Shown here one piece after another: positions 38,345 through 49,953 of a stretch of DNA of 64,000 nt (positions are counted from its first letter, which is position 1; each line of letters starts with the position of its first letter). The position numbers and the translations under genes were made by a program. The stretch is from Candidatus Micrarchaeota archaeon (lineage in GTDB: Archaea > Micrarchaeota > Micrarchaeia > Norongarragalinales > Norongarragalinaceae). Below the pieces are notes generated by a model, which was not told where the DNA came from, did not search any database, and saw only the letters and a program-made list of their open reading frames with translations. The stretch covers positions 50,110 to 114,109 of the forward strand of contig JBBIMI010000001.1 of the NCBI GenBank assembly GCA_037444485.1, given 5' to 3'.

Positions 38345-39130
38345 ATGCGTTTTCCTTACGCCTCGATTATTTTGTTTTCGCTTCTTGTCGCGCCCTACTT
38401 TCTTTTTTCTGGAGGAACGCTTTACTTGCCTTCAGAGTTCTTGAACTCGCTCGCGTTGGGCGCTGGAATGTATGCGGGTTTAGTAACGCACTTGTTCTTG
38501 CATGTGGGAATACTTCACTTGTCTGGAAATTTGGTTCCCCTAATCTTGTTTTCGCTGTTGCTGGAATCGACGCTTGCTTCGATTGACGTGCTCGCCATTT
38601 TCTTTGCGTCCGGCGTTCTCGGCGGCGCATTGTTTTCTTTCCTCAACCCATCAGCGTATTTAATTGGTGCTAGCGCTGCGGTTTCGGGTTTGATGAGTGC
38701 GGCGACGGCATTGCGGCCGCGTCAAGCGCTTGCGTTTCTCGTAGCAACTCCCTTACTCGTTTCATTCATTGTTTTTCCAATCGTTTCCTCGTTTGAACGC
38801 GCTCAAGAACGCTCGCTCGAGCAAAAGCAAGCGGCGCTTCAAGCCAACTTGAATAAGTTGATTGAAGAAAACAAGACTGCCGAGGCCGCGCGAGTGAACG
38901 CTTCGCTTCAAATAGTTGAAAAGCAAGCGATGCAGACGCAGGAGGGCCGCTTGCGCGAGGAAACAACGCCAACCGATTTTCTAGTGCATGCTTTCGGCGC
39001 GTTCGTCGGCGTGGCCTTCTTGTTTTTCTTTAGAAAGAAAAAACTAGTGGAAGGCGCGAAAGAGTTTGAAGTGTTGGGCGCTTTGCTTTTCGCTTTCTTT
39101 GAGTGGTTTAAGCGCCGCGTGCGAGTATAG
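38345..39130 (+). CDS. Rhomboid intramembrane serine protease
   Basis: HLFLH...HLSGN, GASAA, VHAFGA. Confidence 0.88.
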   Translation: MRFPYASIILFSLLVAPYFLFSGGTLYLPSEFLNSLALGAGMYAGLVTHLFLHVGILHLSGNLVPLILFSLLLESTLASIDVLAIFFASGVLGGALFSFLNPSAYLIGASAAVSGLMSAATALRPRQALAFLVATPLLVSFIVFPIVSSFERAQERSLEQKQAALQANLNKLIEENKTAEAARVNASLQIVEKQAMQTQEGRLREETTPTDFLVHAFGAFVGVAFLFFFRKKKLVEGAKEFEVLGALLFAFFEWFKRRVRV

Positions 39131-39239
39131 CGAGTTATATGCGGCAAGCACATGCAGCGAGTATAAATACTTTTTTCGTTAAATTATTTTTGTTGATTTG
39201 TGTTGTTTCGTAGTCGCGGCCAAGCCGCCTTGCAGGGAT

Positions 39240-39278
39240 TGCGTTTGCATGAGTTGAGTTTTTGCGTGACGCACTTAA
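39240..39278 (+). other. tRNA-Cys intron at 8/9 (39 nt)
   Basis: Central helix AGGG/ACTT (3 of 4 pairs), bulges AT|T and AA|G, inner GCGT/ACGC, outer TTGC/GCAG. Confidence 0.8.
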
Positions 39279-39306
39279 GGCAGAGCGGCCATGCGCCCGC
39301 CTGCAG

Positions 39307-39346
39307 GTGTTGTTCCTGCACTGTTGCGTGGGTGCTGGATGCAGTA
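39307..39346 (+). other. tRNA-Cys intron at 37/38 (40 nt)
   Basis: Central helix CTGC/GCAG perfect; 3' bulge TA|A. Confidence 0.88.
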
Positions 39347-39352
39347 AGCGGG

Positions 39353-40300
39353 TTAGGCGAGTTCGACTCTCGCTCCCTGCTTTATCGCGCTGATAACGCG
39401 CGCGTTAGCGCGCTTGGCTTGCTCTTCGTTTAAGCCTTTCGTAATCACGTTGCCGTTAGGCAGCAAAACTATCTTGCCTGGACGCGTTTTTAATTCGATG
39501 ATGCGTTTTGTTTTTAAGCCGCGCACGTTGTTTTGGAAAAAGTATTCTTTGTTACCGCATAACGCGAATGCTGGCGTGGAAGCGTCGTCAGCCTCAACGA
39601 TTTCCTGGTTTTTTTCGGCAATGTTTTTTTTTGTTTTTGGGCTGCGTGCACACGCGACGCACGCCAAGTTTTTTTGTAGGTTTATGGTTGTTGAAGCGCC
39701 AGTTTTCTTGTCAGCGTAAAAAAGAATTCCGGCGTAACGCGGCTTGCCTTCAAGCAAACTAATCAATTCTTCAACTTGTTTTTTCGCGGCTAAAGCGGTT
39801 GCAGTTGGAGAAATTCCTTCCACGCTGCAGCTTCGCGGCAGCGTTTGTTTTGGATTCCAGCAAGCAAAGCAAGGCGTTTTTTCTGGAATTATTGTTGAAA
39901 TCATGACTTCGCTGCGTATTGCGGCAGAGAAAATCCATGGCTTGCGCGCGCGCAAGCAGTACTCGTTCAAGACGAAGCGCGTTTGAACGTTGTCTGTGCA
40001 GTCTAGCACGATATCCGTTTTTTCAAGCAATCGCGTAACGTTCCATTGGTTTAAGTGTTCGGTGGAGGCAATCACGTTCGCGCCAGACTTCTCTAATTTT
40101 TTTTTGGCTGCTGCGGCTTTGAGAAAGCCGACGTCGCCAGCATCGAATAGTTTCTGCCTCGGCAAGTTGTTTTGTTCGATAAAGTCTCTATCGATTAAAA
40201 CAAGTTTTTGGAAGCCTGTTCTCGCTAGTTGTAATGCGGTGTTCGCGCCTATCCCGCCGACTCCGACTACTGCAACTACTGTATCCAGTGTTTTTCGCAT
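39353..40300 (-). CDS. ThiF/MoeB (E1-like, UbaA family) adenylyltransferase
   Basis: VVGVGGIG, IDRDFIEQNNLPRQ, LDCTDN, TPCFAC, CVAC. Confidence 0.88.
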   Translation of the reverse strand: MRKTLDTVVAVVGVGGIGANTALQLARTGFQKLVLIDRDFIEQNNLPRQKLFDAGDVGFLKAAAAKKKLEKSGANVIASTEHLNQWNVTRLLEKTDIVLDCTDNVQTRFVLNEYCLRARKPWIFSAAIRSEVMISTIIPEKTPCFACWNPKQTLPRSCSVEGISPTATALAAKKQVEELISLLEGKPRYAGILFYADKKTGASTTINLQKNLACVACARSPKTKKNIAEKNQEIVEADDASTPAFALCGNKEYFFQNNVRGLKTKRIIELKTRPGKIVLLPNGNVITKGLNEEQAKRANARVISAIKQGARVELA

Positions 40301-40380
40301 GCCTGCACTGCTCTACGAAAGCTTTTATTAAAGAGTTTGAAAAATAATTTTTTAGTAATTTTTAGGGGCTGACACTTTAA

Positions 40381-42567
<2,187 letters not shown>

Positions 42568-42630
42568 AAAACTGGAAAACAAAACAATGAAAGCGAAACG
42601 AAGTAGTCGAAGCGGCGAAGTGAATCTGAA

Positions 42631-43062
42631 ATGAATTTAAGGATTGCTTGGAACGCGTTCATGCTTTACGTTGCAGCTGCGCTTGTGGCGTTTGGTTTAA
42701 GTGGCTTCGTGAATCAAGCGTTTGGCTGGCGCGAGTCGCTTTTGAGTGACGCGTGGAAACTCGTCGCAATCGCGGTTGGCGGAGCAATAGTCACAGGCTT
42801 TGTTTACCCGCTTCTCCGCGGCGTTAAGAAGGGCGACGTGTTAATCACTCTAACAAAACGAGTTGTCGCAGGACAAGAATTCGTTGATTACGTTGCAGTA
42901 ACTGCTTTGGAAGACGGCAGGGTCGGAAAAACAATCCGCGTCCAACTTTCAAACGGGGCGATTGCTGAAGGCGTAATCACTGCTTACGCGAGCACGTTGT
43001 CGCCTCCAACAATTAATTTGGCTTGGGTGCAACAGAACGAGTCAGCAATCTCGTTCAAGTAA
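42631..43062 (+). CDS. Membrane protein with small C-terminal beta domain
   Basis: Two TMs, then VTALEDGRVGKTIRV. Confidence 0.65.
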   Translation: MNLRIAWNAFMLYVAAALVAFGLSGFVNQAFGWRESLLSDAWKLVAIAVGGAIVTGFVYPLLRGVKKGDVLITLTKRVVAGQEFVDYVAVTALEDGRVGKTIRVQLSNGAIAEGVITAYASTLSPPTINLAWVQQNESAISFK

Positions 43063-43107
43063 CGCGGGCGAGGTACGCAGCTGGTACGTGGGCGAGGTAC
43101 GCGGGAA

Positions 43108-43695
43108 ATGCGTTTGATTGAAGCGATGCACATCACGATTTCTGTTCTCACGATTACGCTCGCTTTTTGGTTCTTGTGGTCTGACGTGCGGCTGGGCTCT
43201 ACGCCGAACGCGCTTGACCCTGCCCTCTTTGCAGTAGTTTTTTTGACGATAGGGCTCGGCTTTATTTTGCATGAACTCGCGCACAAGTACGTTTCCTTGC
43301 ATTACGGAGTGCACGCGGAGTACCGCGCTTGGACTCTCGGCTTGTTTCTCGCAATAGTTCTCGCTGTCACAGTCGGCTTTATTTTCGCCGCGCCTGGCGC
43401 GGTTTACATTCTCGGGCGAGTGAATAGAAAGCAGAATGCGATGATTTCGCTTGCGGGCCCAACCATGAACTTGGTTCTCGCAGTTGTTTTCGTCGCGTTG
43501 CTGCCTTTCTTAGGTTGGGTTTCCGTGATTGGCGCGCAAGTAAACTTGTGGCTCGGCTTGTTTAACATGATTCCGTTTTTTCCTTTCGACGGGCAGAAGG
43601 TTGCTTCTTGGGACTGGCGGGTTTGGTTGAGTGTATTCGTGGTTTTCATCTTGTTTTTCTTTAGTCTCGTGTTTACGCCTACACCGAGTTTCTAG
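43108..43695 (+). CDS. Site-2 protease (M50 family)
   Basis: HELAH, AGP, NMIPFFPFDG. Confidence 0.92.
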   Translation: MRLIEAMHITISVLTITLAFWFLWSDVRLGSTPNALDPALFAVVFLTIGLGFILHELAHKYVSLHYGVHAEYRAWTLGLFLAIVLAVTVGFIFAAPGAVYILGRVNRKQNAMISLAGPTMNLVLAVVFVALLPFLGWVSVIGAQVNLWLGLFNMIPFFPFDGQKVASWDWRVWLSVFVVFILFFFSLVFTPTPSF

Positions 43696-43765
43696 TTTCT
43701 CTATTTTTTTAGAGTTTTTCAGGGTTTCTCGCAGGTTTTAAAAGCGTTCGCAACGTAACAAATTC

Positions 43766-43975
43766 ATGAAACTGTTGGACGACGTGAAGGCTTTCCTGCG
43801 TGAAGACCGCGCGCAAGTGAGCGCTGAACTGATTATTGTGATTGCGGCTTTGATCGCCGTCGCGATAGTCTTGATTACGCAGTTACAGAACACCGCTAAG
43901 AAGGGCAGCAAGGTTCTTGCGCAGGAAACAGACAAGGCATTCAAGGAAATAAGTCAAACCGTGAATTCGTCTTAA
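43766..43975 (+). CDS. Class III signal peptide pilin
   Basis: RA|QVSAELIIVIAALIAVAIV. Confidence 0.8.
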   Translation: MKLLDDVKAFLREDRAQVSAELIIVIAALIAVAIVLITQLQNTAKKGSKVLAQETDKAFKEISQTVNSS

Positions 43976-44002
43976 TTGCTTTAAGCTGCGCTGGTAAGAA
44001 CC

Positions 44003-44443
44003 TTGTTTGCATTGCGCGGGCAAGCTAGTTTGGAAACCTTGATTGTTTTAAGCGCGTTGTTCGCTTTCCTACTCGCCTTCATTCCAGTAGTAATTCAAGC
44101 TCGCGAGTTGATCGAATTCGCGAAGACCGCTGGCCAAGCACAGGTTTTCGCGGAAAGGCTTTCGTCGGACTTGAAGCAAGCGCAGTTGCTAGGCGGCGGG
44201 AACGCGCGCGAATGGGTTTTTTCCCTAACCGGCGGCGAGATGGCCGTCTCCCTCGTTTCTTCCGCCTCGGACGCGAGCATTCTAGTAGTAACTTCTTCTT
44301 ACGCTGGCCATTCAAAAAAAATCGAGAGGACGCTGGGTTTTCCGGCTTCAGTCGCCGGCGAAACGCGGTTGACTGCCGGGAGTTTTATTGTTCGCGTAAA
44401 AAATGATGCGGGACGCGTTGAAGCAGAAATCTTAAAGCGTTAA
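44003..44443 (+). CDS. Pilin-like protein
   Basis: RG|QASLETLIVLSALFAF. Confidence 0.75.
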   Translation: MFALRGQASLETLIVLSALFAFLLAFIPVVIQARELIEFAKTAGQAQVFAERLSSDLKQAQLLGGGNAREWVFSLTGGEMAVSLVSSASDASILVVTSSYAGHSKKIERTLGFPASVAGETRLTAGSFIVRVKNDAGRVEAEILKR

Positions 44444-44462
44444 CAAGCGTTAACGCCGCCGC

Positions 44463-44490
44463 GCCTGCAAGCGCGGGCGCGCTTGCAGGC
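44463..44490. terminator. GC hairpin between convergent operons
   Basis: GCCTGCAAGCGCG-GG-CGCGCTTGCAGGC. Confidence 0.45.
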
Positions 44491-44578
44491 AAGTAGGTTG
44501 CTGTGGGATGGTCGTTGGTAGGTGAGTTGTTGGAAGCAGGTTGTTGTGTTGGAAGCGTATTTTCTAGATTTCTAGAAA

Positions 44579-45004
44579 TTACTTGAAGTAAGTAGTGCCT
44601 TTTAGTTTCACGAACTCGTTTTTGTGGTAGTCGAACGCGATTGCTTGCGCGCTCACGTAATTCTTTGTCTTGAGGCAGTTGTTTGACTCGAGCTTCTCGC
44701 CTTCAGCTTCTAAAACAAAGCAAGCTGCGCCAGTTTGTTTTAGTAACGCGTCGAATAAGGTTTGCAGTCTTTCTTTCGCTTGCAGGTTTCCATTCATGAA
44801 CTCTACGAGCAGTTCGTTGGTCGCCGAGTTTTTCGTCGTTGTTTCAAGAAAATCTTGTGTTAACTGCAGTTGGTAAACGCGTGCGTAAGAAAACTCTTCT
44901 TGGACTGGAGCGCGGAAGAACGTAATCAACGCAACTGCTGTCAACAACGTTAATAATGCTTCAAGAGAAAAAACAATGCCGCGCAGTTTTCTTTCCTTAA
45001 TCAT
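44579..45004 (-). CDS. Pilin-like protein
   Basis: RG|IVFSLEALLTLL. Confidence 0.7.
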   Translation of the reverse strand: MIKERKLRGIVFSLEALLTLLTAVALITFFRAPVQEEFSYARVYQLQLTQDFLETTTKNSATNELLVEFMNGNLQAKERLQTLFDALLKQTGAACFVLEAEGEKLESNNCLKTKNYVSAQAIAFDYHKNEFVKLKGTTYFK

Positions 45005-45488
45005 TCACACCGCCTTCCACAAACACGCAAGCCCGCAGCACTACGACTTCGTCTTCGAAAAAAGCAGGCCTCGAAACGCAGAATGCGTTTGCGCTCGCGC
45101 TCGCATTCGCGCTTGAATTCGCGCTTGCATCAGCGCTTGCTGCCGGCATTCCGCGCGTTTGCAGCACTCGCCCGTCAAGGCTGCGGAGTTCAAAACCAAA
45201 CCCGTTTCTCAAAACGATTTCTTGGACCGCGCGCGAGTCTATTTCCTTGACGCGGACGAGGGTTTTCTCGCATTCGGCTATCCCGTCAGGCAAACAGTTT
45301 TTCAAGAGCAAGTCCGCAAAGTAAACCGCTTTTTTTTCGAAAAAAGTGTTTTGGGAAACGCTGGCGAACGCAGCCGCGTTCATTTGAAAGGAAAACACTA
45401 TCGCAGTCAACGTGATTACTGTCAGTAAAGCTGCTATCAACACGTCGAGGAAAAAGCTTGCTTTCCTGCGTTTTGGGTTTGCCTTCAT
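44997..45488 (-). CDS. Pilin-like protein
   Basis: KA|SFFLDVLIAALL; ASA-repeat insert. Confidence 0.65.
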   Translation of the reverse strand: MKANPKRRKASFFLDVLIAALLTVITLTAIVFSFQMNAAAFASVSQNTFFEKKAVYFADLLLKNCLPDGIAECEKTLVRVKEIDSRAVQEIVLRNGFGFELRSLDGRVLQTRGMPAASADASANSSANASASANAFCVSRPAFFEDEVVVLRACVFVEGGVND

Positions 45489-45520
45489 GTAGGATTCCTT
45501 GTCGTGTAGGATTCCTTGTT

Positions 45521-45934
45521 TTATGTTGGTTCGAACTCGTTTTGTTCGACTTCAAGGTTTTCGAGCGAGCGGATGCTCGCGTGACACGTCGCGCTTGCTG
45601 AAACACTGTTTTTACTAAGCACTAGTTCGCGTCCGCCGCCGCTTAACGAGAGGTTTTCCGCGCCAGCTTGCGTGAAGTCAAGCGGAAACGCGGTGTTGCG
45701 CCCATCTAACGCGAAGTAATCGATTAGAAAACAAAGCGCTTCAGCGCTTTGCTTCAGCGACTGCGTCGAGAAAACGTTTTCCGCGTTTTTTCTCGCTTGT
45801 GCGGCGAATGAAGTGAATGCTATTACTAACGCGAGGAAGGCTGCGAGCAAAGTGATGAATTCTAACAGCGTTTGCGCCCTGCGTTTTTCTCTGTTTTCTC
45901 TTCGGTTCATTGCTTCACCGCGTGTTTGCTTCAC
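45521..45934 (-). CDS. Pilin-like protein
   Basis: RA|QTLLEFITLLAAFL; start may be the internal ATG. Confidence 0.7.
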   Translation of the reverse strand: MKQTRGEAMNRRENREKRRAQTLLEFITLLAAFLALVIAFTSFAAQARKNAENVFSTQSLKQSAEALCFLIDYFALDGRNTAFPLDFTQAGAENLSLSGGGRELVLSKNSVSASATCHASIRSLENLEVEQNEFEPT

Positions 45935-45955
45935 TGCTTCGCCGCTTCACCGGCG

Positions 45956-46591
45956 TTAAACAAGTTTTCTTTTTTCTCTTAATCCTTCCGGCAGCAATAT
46001 TATTGTTGAAGTGTTTTGGTCGGGATAGTAAGTGCTTGCCCCAAAGCCAAAAGTTCCTGGAAGTAGTTGTAGGTAAGCGAGTTGCGGAACTCGCACCAAA
46101 CCGTTTTTTGAAACGCTTAACTCGTTTTTCTCTGGAGAGAATTCAATGAAGGCAGTTGAAGCATAGATTGGTTTTTCGTCTTTGTCTAAAGCAATCGCGT
46201 TCAAGTCAAAGCAATTCATGCACTTTAAGGCTTTTTTTTCAGAAAGCATTCTTTTTTTCAATAAAGAGATTTCTTGCTGCGTGACGACGCCGAACCAAAC
46301 GTCTACTGAAGCGTTTTCTTTAAAAAAGTTTTTTTCCGTAAAGCTTTCCAACGCAGCTAGTTTTTCGGCAGCGTTTTTCACGACTTCATCCCTCTCGCTT
46401 CCGCCCGCGTTCCAGAAAACTTGTTTGAACGCGTTTTTGAAAGCGCGTTCTTCGAATTGTTTTTTCTCGATGAAGAGCGTTTTTTCTTTTGTAAAGGAAA
46501 CGGTTTTCGCCGCGTTGGATTGAAAGGCGTTGAATGACAGTATTGCAGCGAAGAGCAGCACTGCGAGAAGGAATGTTATCAAGCCACGCAT
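45956..46591 (-). CDS. Pilin-like or membrane-anchored protein
   Basis: MRG|LITFLLAVLLF. Confidence 0.6.
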   Translation of the reverse strand: MRGLITFLLAVLLFAAILSFNAFQSNAAKTVSFTKEKTLFIEKKQFEERAFKNAFKQVFWNAGGSERDEVVKNAAEKLAALESFTEKNFFKENASVDVWFGVVTQQEISLLKKRMLSEKKALKCMNCFDLNAIALDKDEKPIYASTAFIEFSPEKNELSVSKNGLVRVPQLAYLQLLPGTFGFGASTYYPDQNTSTIILLPEGLREKRKLV

Positions 46592-46642
46592 TTTTGAATC
46601 ACCGCGTTCAACCGCATTCAATCAACAAGCACTCTTTTAATA

Positions 46643-47419
46643 ATGTTTGTTCAAAAAAAAATTATGGTTGCCAGCCCAGCGGCGAAGCCGCTTAAACTGT
46701 TTTTTTCCTTAGCCGCGGCGCTGGTTTTATTGGTTTTAACGCGGCTTGCAGGAGCTTACACTGATTATTCATTCACTACCACCGCGCAGGTTGACGTTGA
46801 CGGAAACGCGCACATAATCGAGAAAACTGTTTTCACGCTTGACACGAATGATGAGCGAAGCGAGTTCGACTACTACCTCGGCTTGAGTAAGACGACGCTT
46901 GCTGATTGGCAGAAGTTCAGTAAGAAAATCAAGTACCACTTTACTGGCTCTATCACGAACTTGAAGATTATCGCAACGCGAGAGTTTTCAATCAGTTATT
47001 CTGCGGCTTCTGTCACTATAGAGTATGACGTAAGCAAATTGTTTTTGGGAAACCAGACTACTAGCCGCATCACGGAATACTCGCTCAACCACAATGCTTT
47101 AGCGTTCAGTTCGACGCGGAGTGACGAGATTTCGCTTGGCACTGGGATGCAGTTGACAATAATCTTGCCTGATGACGCGTTGAACATTCGAGTGATTCCG
47201 AGCCCCGGCTTGCAAAAGGAAAACAAGACATTAATTTGGTTTGGGCCAGTCAACGGAAAGTGGGACGTCGTTTACGCTCGTGAAAAACCGTTGAGCGCCG
47301 AAGTGAACGAATTTTTCCTTCAGCTTTACGAACAGTTGAGTACTTCTAGAGTATTGTTGATAATGCTCGTGGCTTTACTCGCACTCGTTTTGTTCAAGAT
47401 AATTAAAACCCGTCATTAA
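46643..47419 (+). CDS. Secreted beta-rich protein with C-terminal TM anchor
   Basis: Signal peptide, VDVDGNAHI, C-terminal TM. Confidence 0.65.
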   Translation: MFVQKKIMVASPAAKPLKLFFSLAAALVLLVLTRLAGAYTDYSFTTTAQVDVDGNAHIIEKTVFTLDTNDERSEFDYYLGLSKTTLADWQKFSKKIKYHFTGSITNLKIIATREFSISYSAASVTIEYDVSKLFLGNQTTSRITEYSLNHNALAFSSTRSDEISLGTGMQLTIILPDDALNIRVIPSPGLQKENKTLIWFGPVNGKWDVVYAREKPLSAEVNEFFLQLYEQLSTSRVLLIMLVALLALVLFKIIKTRH

Positions 47420-47431
47420 CGCGTTAAACGC

Positions 47432-48661
47432 TCAGGCTTTGAATGCCGCTAGAAATTTTCTTTCAGGCTCGCTTAATTCCAGGAATTCCGCTAGTTCACG
47501 CAAGTTTTTCGAGTCTGACAACAACATTGTTTCAAGCGCTTGTTTCTTCGAGCAATGCATTCGCGTAACTATCTTCTTGAGAATGTTTGCCAGAGTCGCG
47601 CGAGCATTTTTTGAGTCGCTGAGTTTCTTGATCGCGGTCGGGAACTTGTATTTCGCGAACTCGACTTGCGCGGGCGCGGAACCGCTTTTCGCGAGCACTG
47701 CAGTGCCGCCGCACGCGAGGGCGCGCGCGTACTTTGAGAGCGAGTAATCTTGTTTTTTTGTGGTTCGCCCTTCGAAAACGTCTGCTTTCGATAACGCGTC
47801 AAAGCTCTGCGCGAGTGAGCGTGAATCACTGGCTTCAAGCGGCAGGTTTTCCTCAATCCACTTGACGAACATTTTCAGTTCAACGTCAACAGAATCGCTT
47901 TCAGAGATCGCTAGAGCGAACGAGCGCGCGGCAAACATTTTTCGCAACGCGTCGAAAACGTTTTGTTTTCTCTCGCGCTCGCTATAGAAAAACTCGCCGC
48001 CGGAGACAGTTGTTTGCAAGTCAATCAATGCGCTGCGGATGTCGCCCCCGCTTGCGCGCACGATTTTCTCGATGCTTTGCGCGAGCGCGCTGCCAGCGTC
48101 CACGCGCACGCCTTCCCGCTCGAGTATTTTCGACATGATTTTCTTGATTTCAAGCCAATTTATTTTCTTGAACTGCACTAGCGTGCATAAGGCGCGAATG
48201 GGCGCGAGTTTCTGGTTCCAAGCGTCTTCAGCAATCAACACGGTCGGCTGGTTGGTTTCTTGAAGCAGTTGGCTTAAAGCCGGGATTTCGCCTCTATCAA
48301 AAACAGCGTCGACTTCTTCTACGACGAGAATCTTGCGGGTACCGTACAAGTCGAGTCCGCTTGCGTGTGGAGCGAAAAAACGATTCAAGTTTTTTTCTCC
48401 GCGTTCTACGTTCGCGCTGAACGAGACGAGCGTCCAACCAAACTCGCGCGCCAACGCGTTTGCGAGCGCGGTTTTACCAACCCCGGCAGGCCCCCAGAAG
48501 AGTAAGGGCTTGCCGCGCTTGCCGCGCTTCCAATCAAGAGCCCATTTTTTGGTTAGTTCTCTGGCTTCGCTGTTGCCGGCCACTTCATCAATCGTCTGCG
48601 GCGAGTGTTTCAAGTACCACAAATCATTGTTTTCATCGTTTTTTTTAATCAAAAAAATCAA
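47432..48661 (-). CDS. rfcL: Replication factor C large subunit
   Basis: LWYLKHSP, GPAGVGKT, GDIRSALIDL, WIEEN. Confidence 0.9.
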   Translation of the reverse strand: MIFLIKKNDENNDLWYLKHSPQTIDEVAGNSEARELTKKWALDWKRGKRGKPLLFWGPAGVGKTALANALAREFGWTLVSFSANVERGEKNLNRFFAPHASGLDLYGTRKILVVEEVDAVFDRGEIPALSQLLQETNQPTVLIAEDAWNQKLAPIRALCTLVQFKKINWLEIKKIMSKILEREGVRVDAGSALAQSIEKIVRASGGDIRSALIDLQTTVSGGEFFYSERERKQNVFDALRKMFAARSFALAISESDSVDVELKMFVKWIEENLPLEASDSRSLAQSFDALSKADVFEGRTTKKQDYSLSKYARALACGGTAVLAKSGSAPAQVEFAKYKFPTAIKKLSDSKNARATLANILKKIVTRMHCSKKQALETMLLSDSKNLRELAEFLELSEPERKFLAAFKA

Positions 48662-48730
48662 GCACCTCCACTACGCAATAAACCTCACTAAACCCACAAT
48701 ATAATAAAAGCATTCGCGTAATTAATATTC

Positions 48731-49900
48731 GTGTTGGTTGGAATAGTTGGTAAGCCGTCGACTGGAAAAACGAGTTTGTGGAACGCGTTGACGCACGGGC
48801 ACGCTGCAGTGGCTTCCTACCCATTTACTACAATCGACCCAAACAAGGGCGTTGCTTTCGCGCGCGTCAAATGCGCTTGCGTTGAACTCGGAGTAAAGTG
48901 TGCTCCAAGAGTTGGAAAATGCGAGAATGGCGAGCGGGAAGTACCGGTCAACGTAATTGACGTTGCCGGCTTAGTTGAAGGCGCTCACGAAGGCAAGGGA
49001 CGCGGCAACCAGTTTCTAAACGATTTGAATCAAGCTGACGCGTTGGTGTGTGTTGCGGACGCTGCAGGCGCTACTGACGACGGCGGCAACCTTACAGCGC
49101 TCGGCTCGCACGACTCAACGCGGGACGTGGCAATAATTGAAAGCGAGTTGGACCACTGGATTCTTGGCGTGCTCAAGCGTAATGCAGCGAAAGCGAAAGG
49201 CAGGAAGTTAAGTGACTTCGCGCAGTTGTTGAATGGTATCCGCGTTAACGAGGAAATTCTCAAGCAAGCAATAATTGATTCAGGCGCTAGCGAGGATTTC
49301 TCGCGTTGGAGTGATGAGCAAGCGTTAAGCGTGGCGAGAATGCTGAGGGCGAAAACCAAGCCCATCGTTATCGCCGCGAACAAGATTGATTTGCCTACAG
49401 CGCGCGAAGGCGTGAAAAAACTGCGGGGCGCTTTTCCGCAGTATACTGTAGTGCCTACAGCTGCAGACTCGGAGCTCGCTTTACAGCGCGCGAAAGAAAA
49501 AAAGTGGATTGAGTACGACGGCAAGAAATTCAAGATTGTAGCTGAAGGTTTAGACGAGAAAGTGTTGCGCGCGCTTGAAACGATTGAGAAAAACGTTTTA
49601 CGCGAGTACGGCTCGACTGGAGTTCAAGAATTGTTGAACGTCACGGTTTCCAACGTACTGAATTTGATTGTCGTTTTCCCGGTGGAAGACGAAAAACATT
49701 TTTCAGACCACTTCGGGAGAGTGTTGCCGGACGCAGTCTTGTTGAAGAAAGGCAGCACTCCAATGCAGCTCGCTGAAGCGATTCACACTGACCTCGCGAA
49801 GCACTTCCTGCACGCTGTTGACGCGCGTTCTGGAATGCGCATTGGCCGCGAGCACGAGTTAAAAAACGGTGACGTGATTAAGATAGTTTCAACCAAGTAA
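48731..49900 (+). CDS. ychF: YchF/Obg-family translation-associated GTPase with TGS domain
   Basis: GKPSTGKT, YPFTT, DVAGL, NKID, IHTDL. Confidence 0.9.
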   Translation: MLVGIVGKPSTGKTSLWNALTHGHAAVASYPFTTIDPNKGVAFARVKCACVELGVKCAPRVGKCENGEREVPVNVIDVAGLVEGAHEGKGRGNQFLNDLNQADALVCVADAAGATDDGGNLTALGSHDSTRDVAIIESELDHWILGVLKRNAAKAKGRKLSDFAQLLNGIRVNEEILKQAIIDSGASEDFSRWSDEQALSVARMLRAKTKPIVIAANKIDLPTAREGVKKLRGAFPQYTVVPTAADSELALQRAKEKKWIEYDGKKFKIVAEGLDEKVLRALETIEKNVLREYGSTGVQELLNVTVSNVLNLIVVFPVEDEKHFSDHFGRVLPDAVLLKKGSTPMQLAEAIHTDLAKHFLHAVDARSGMRIGREHELKNGDVIKIVSTK

Positions 49901-49953
49901 TCCTCGATTGATTCCCGGTTTCGGTTTAAGCTTGTTTTAATCAGGCGAGTAAA

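Larger units (their letters stand above)
39232..39381 (+). tRNA. tRNA-Cys(GCA) with two introns (8/9 and 37/38)
   Basis: Spliced: GCAGGGA TG GCAG AGCGGCC ATGC G CCCGC CTGCAGA GCGGG TTAG GCGAG TTCGACT CTCGC TCCCTGC T; U73 discriminator. Confidence 0.9.
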
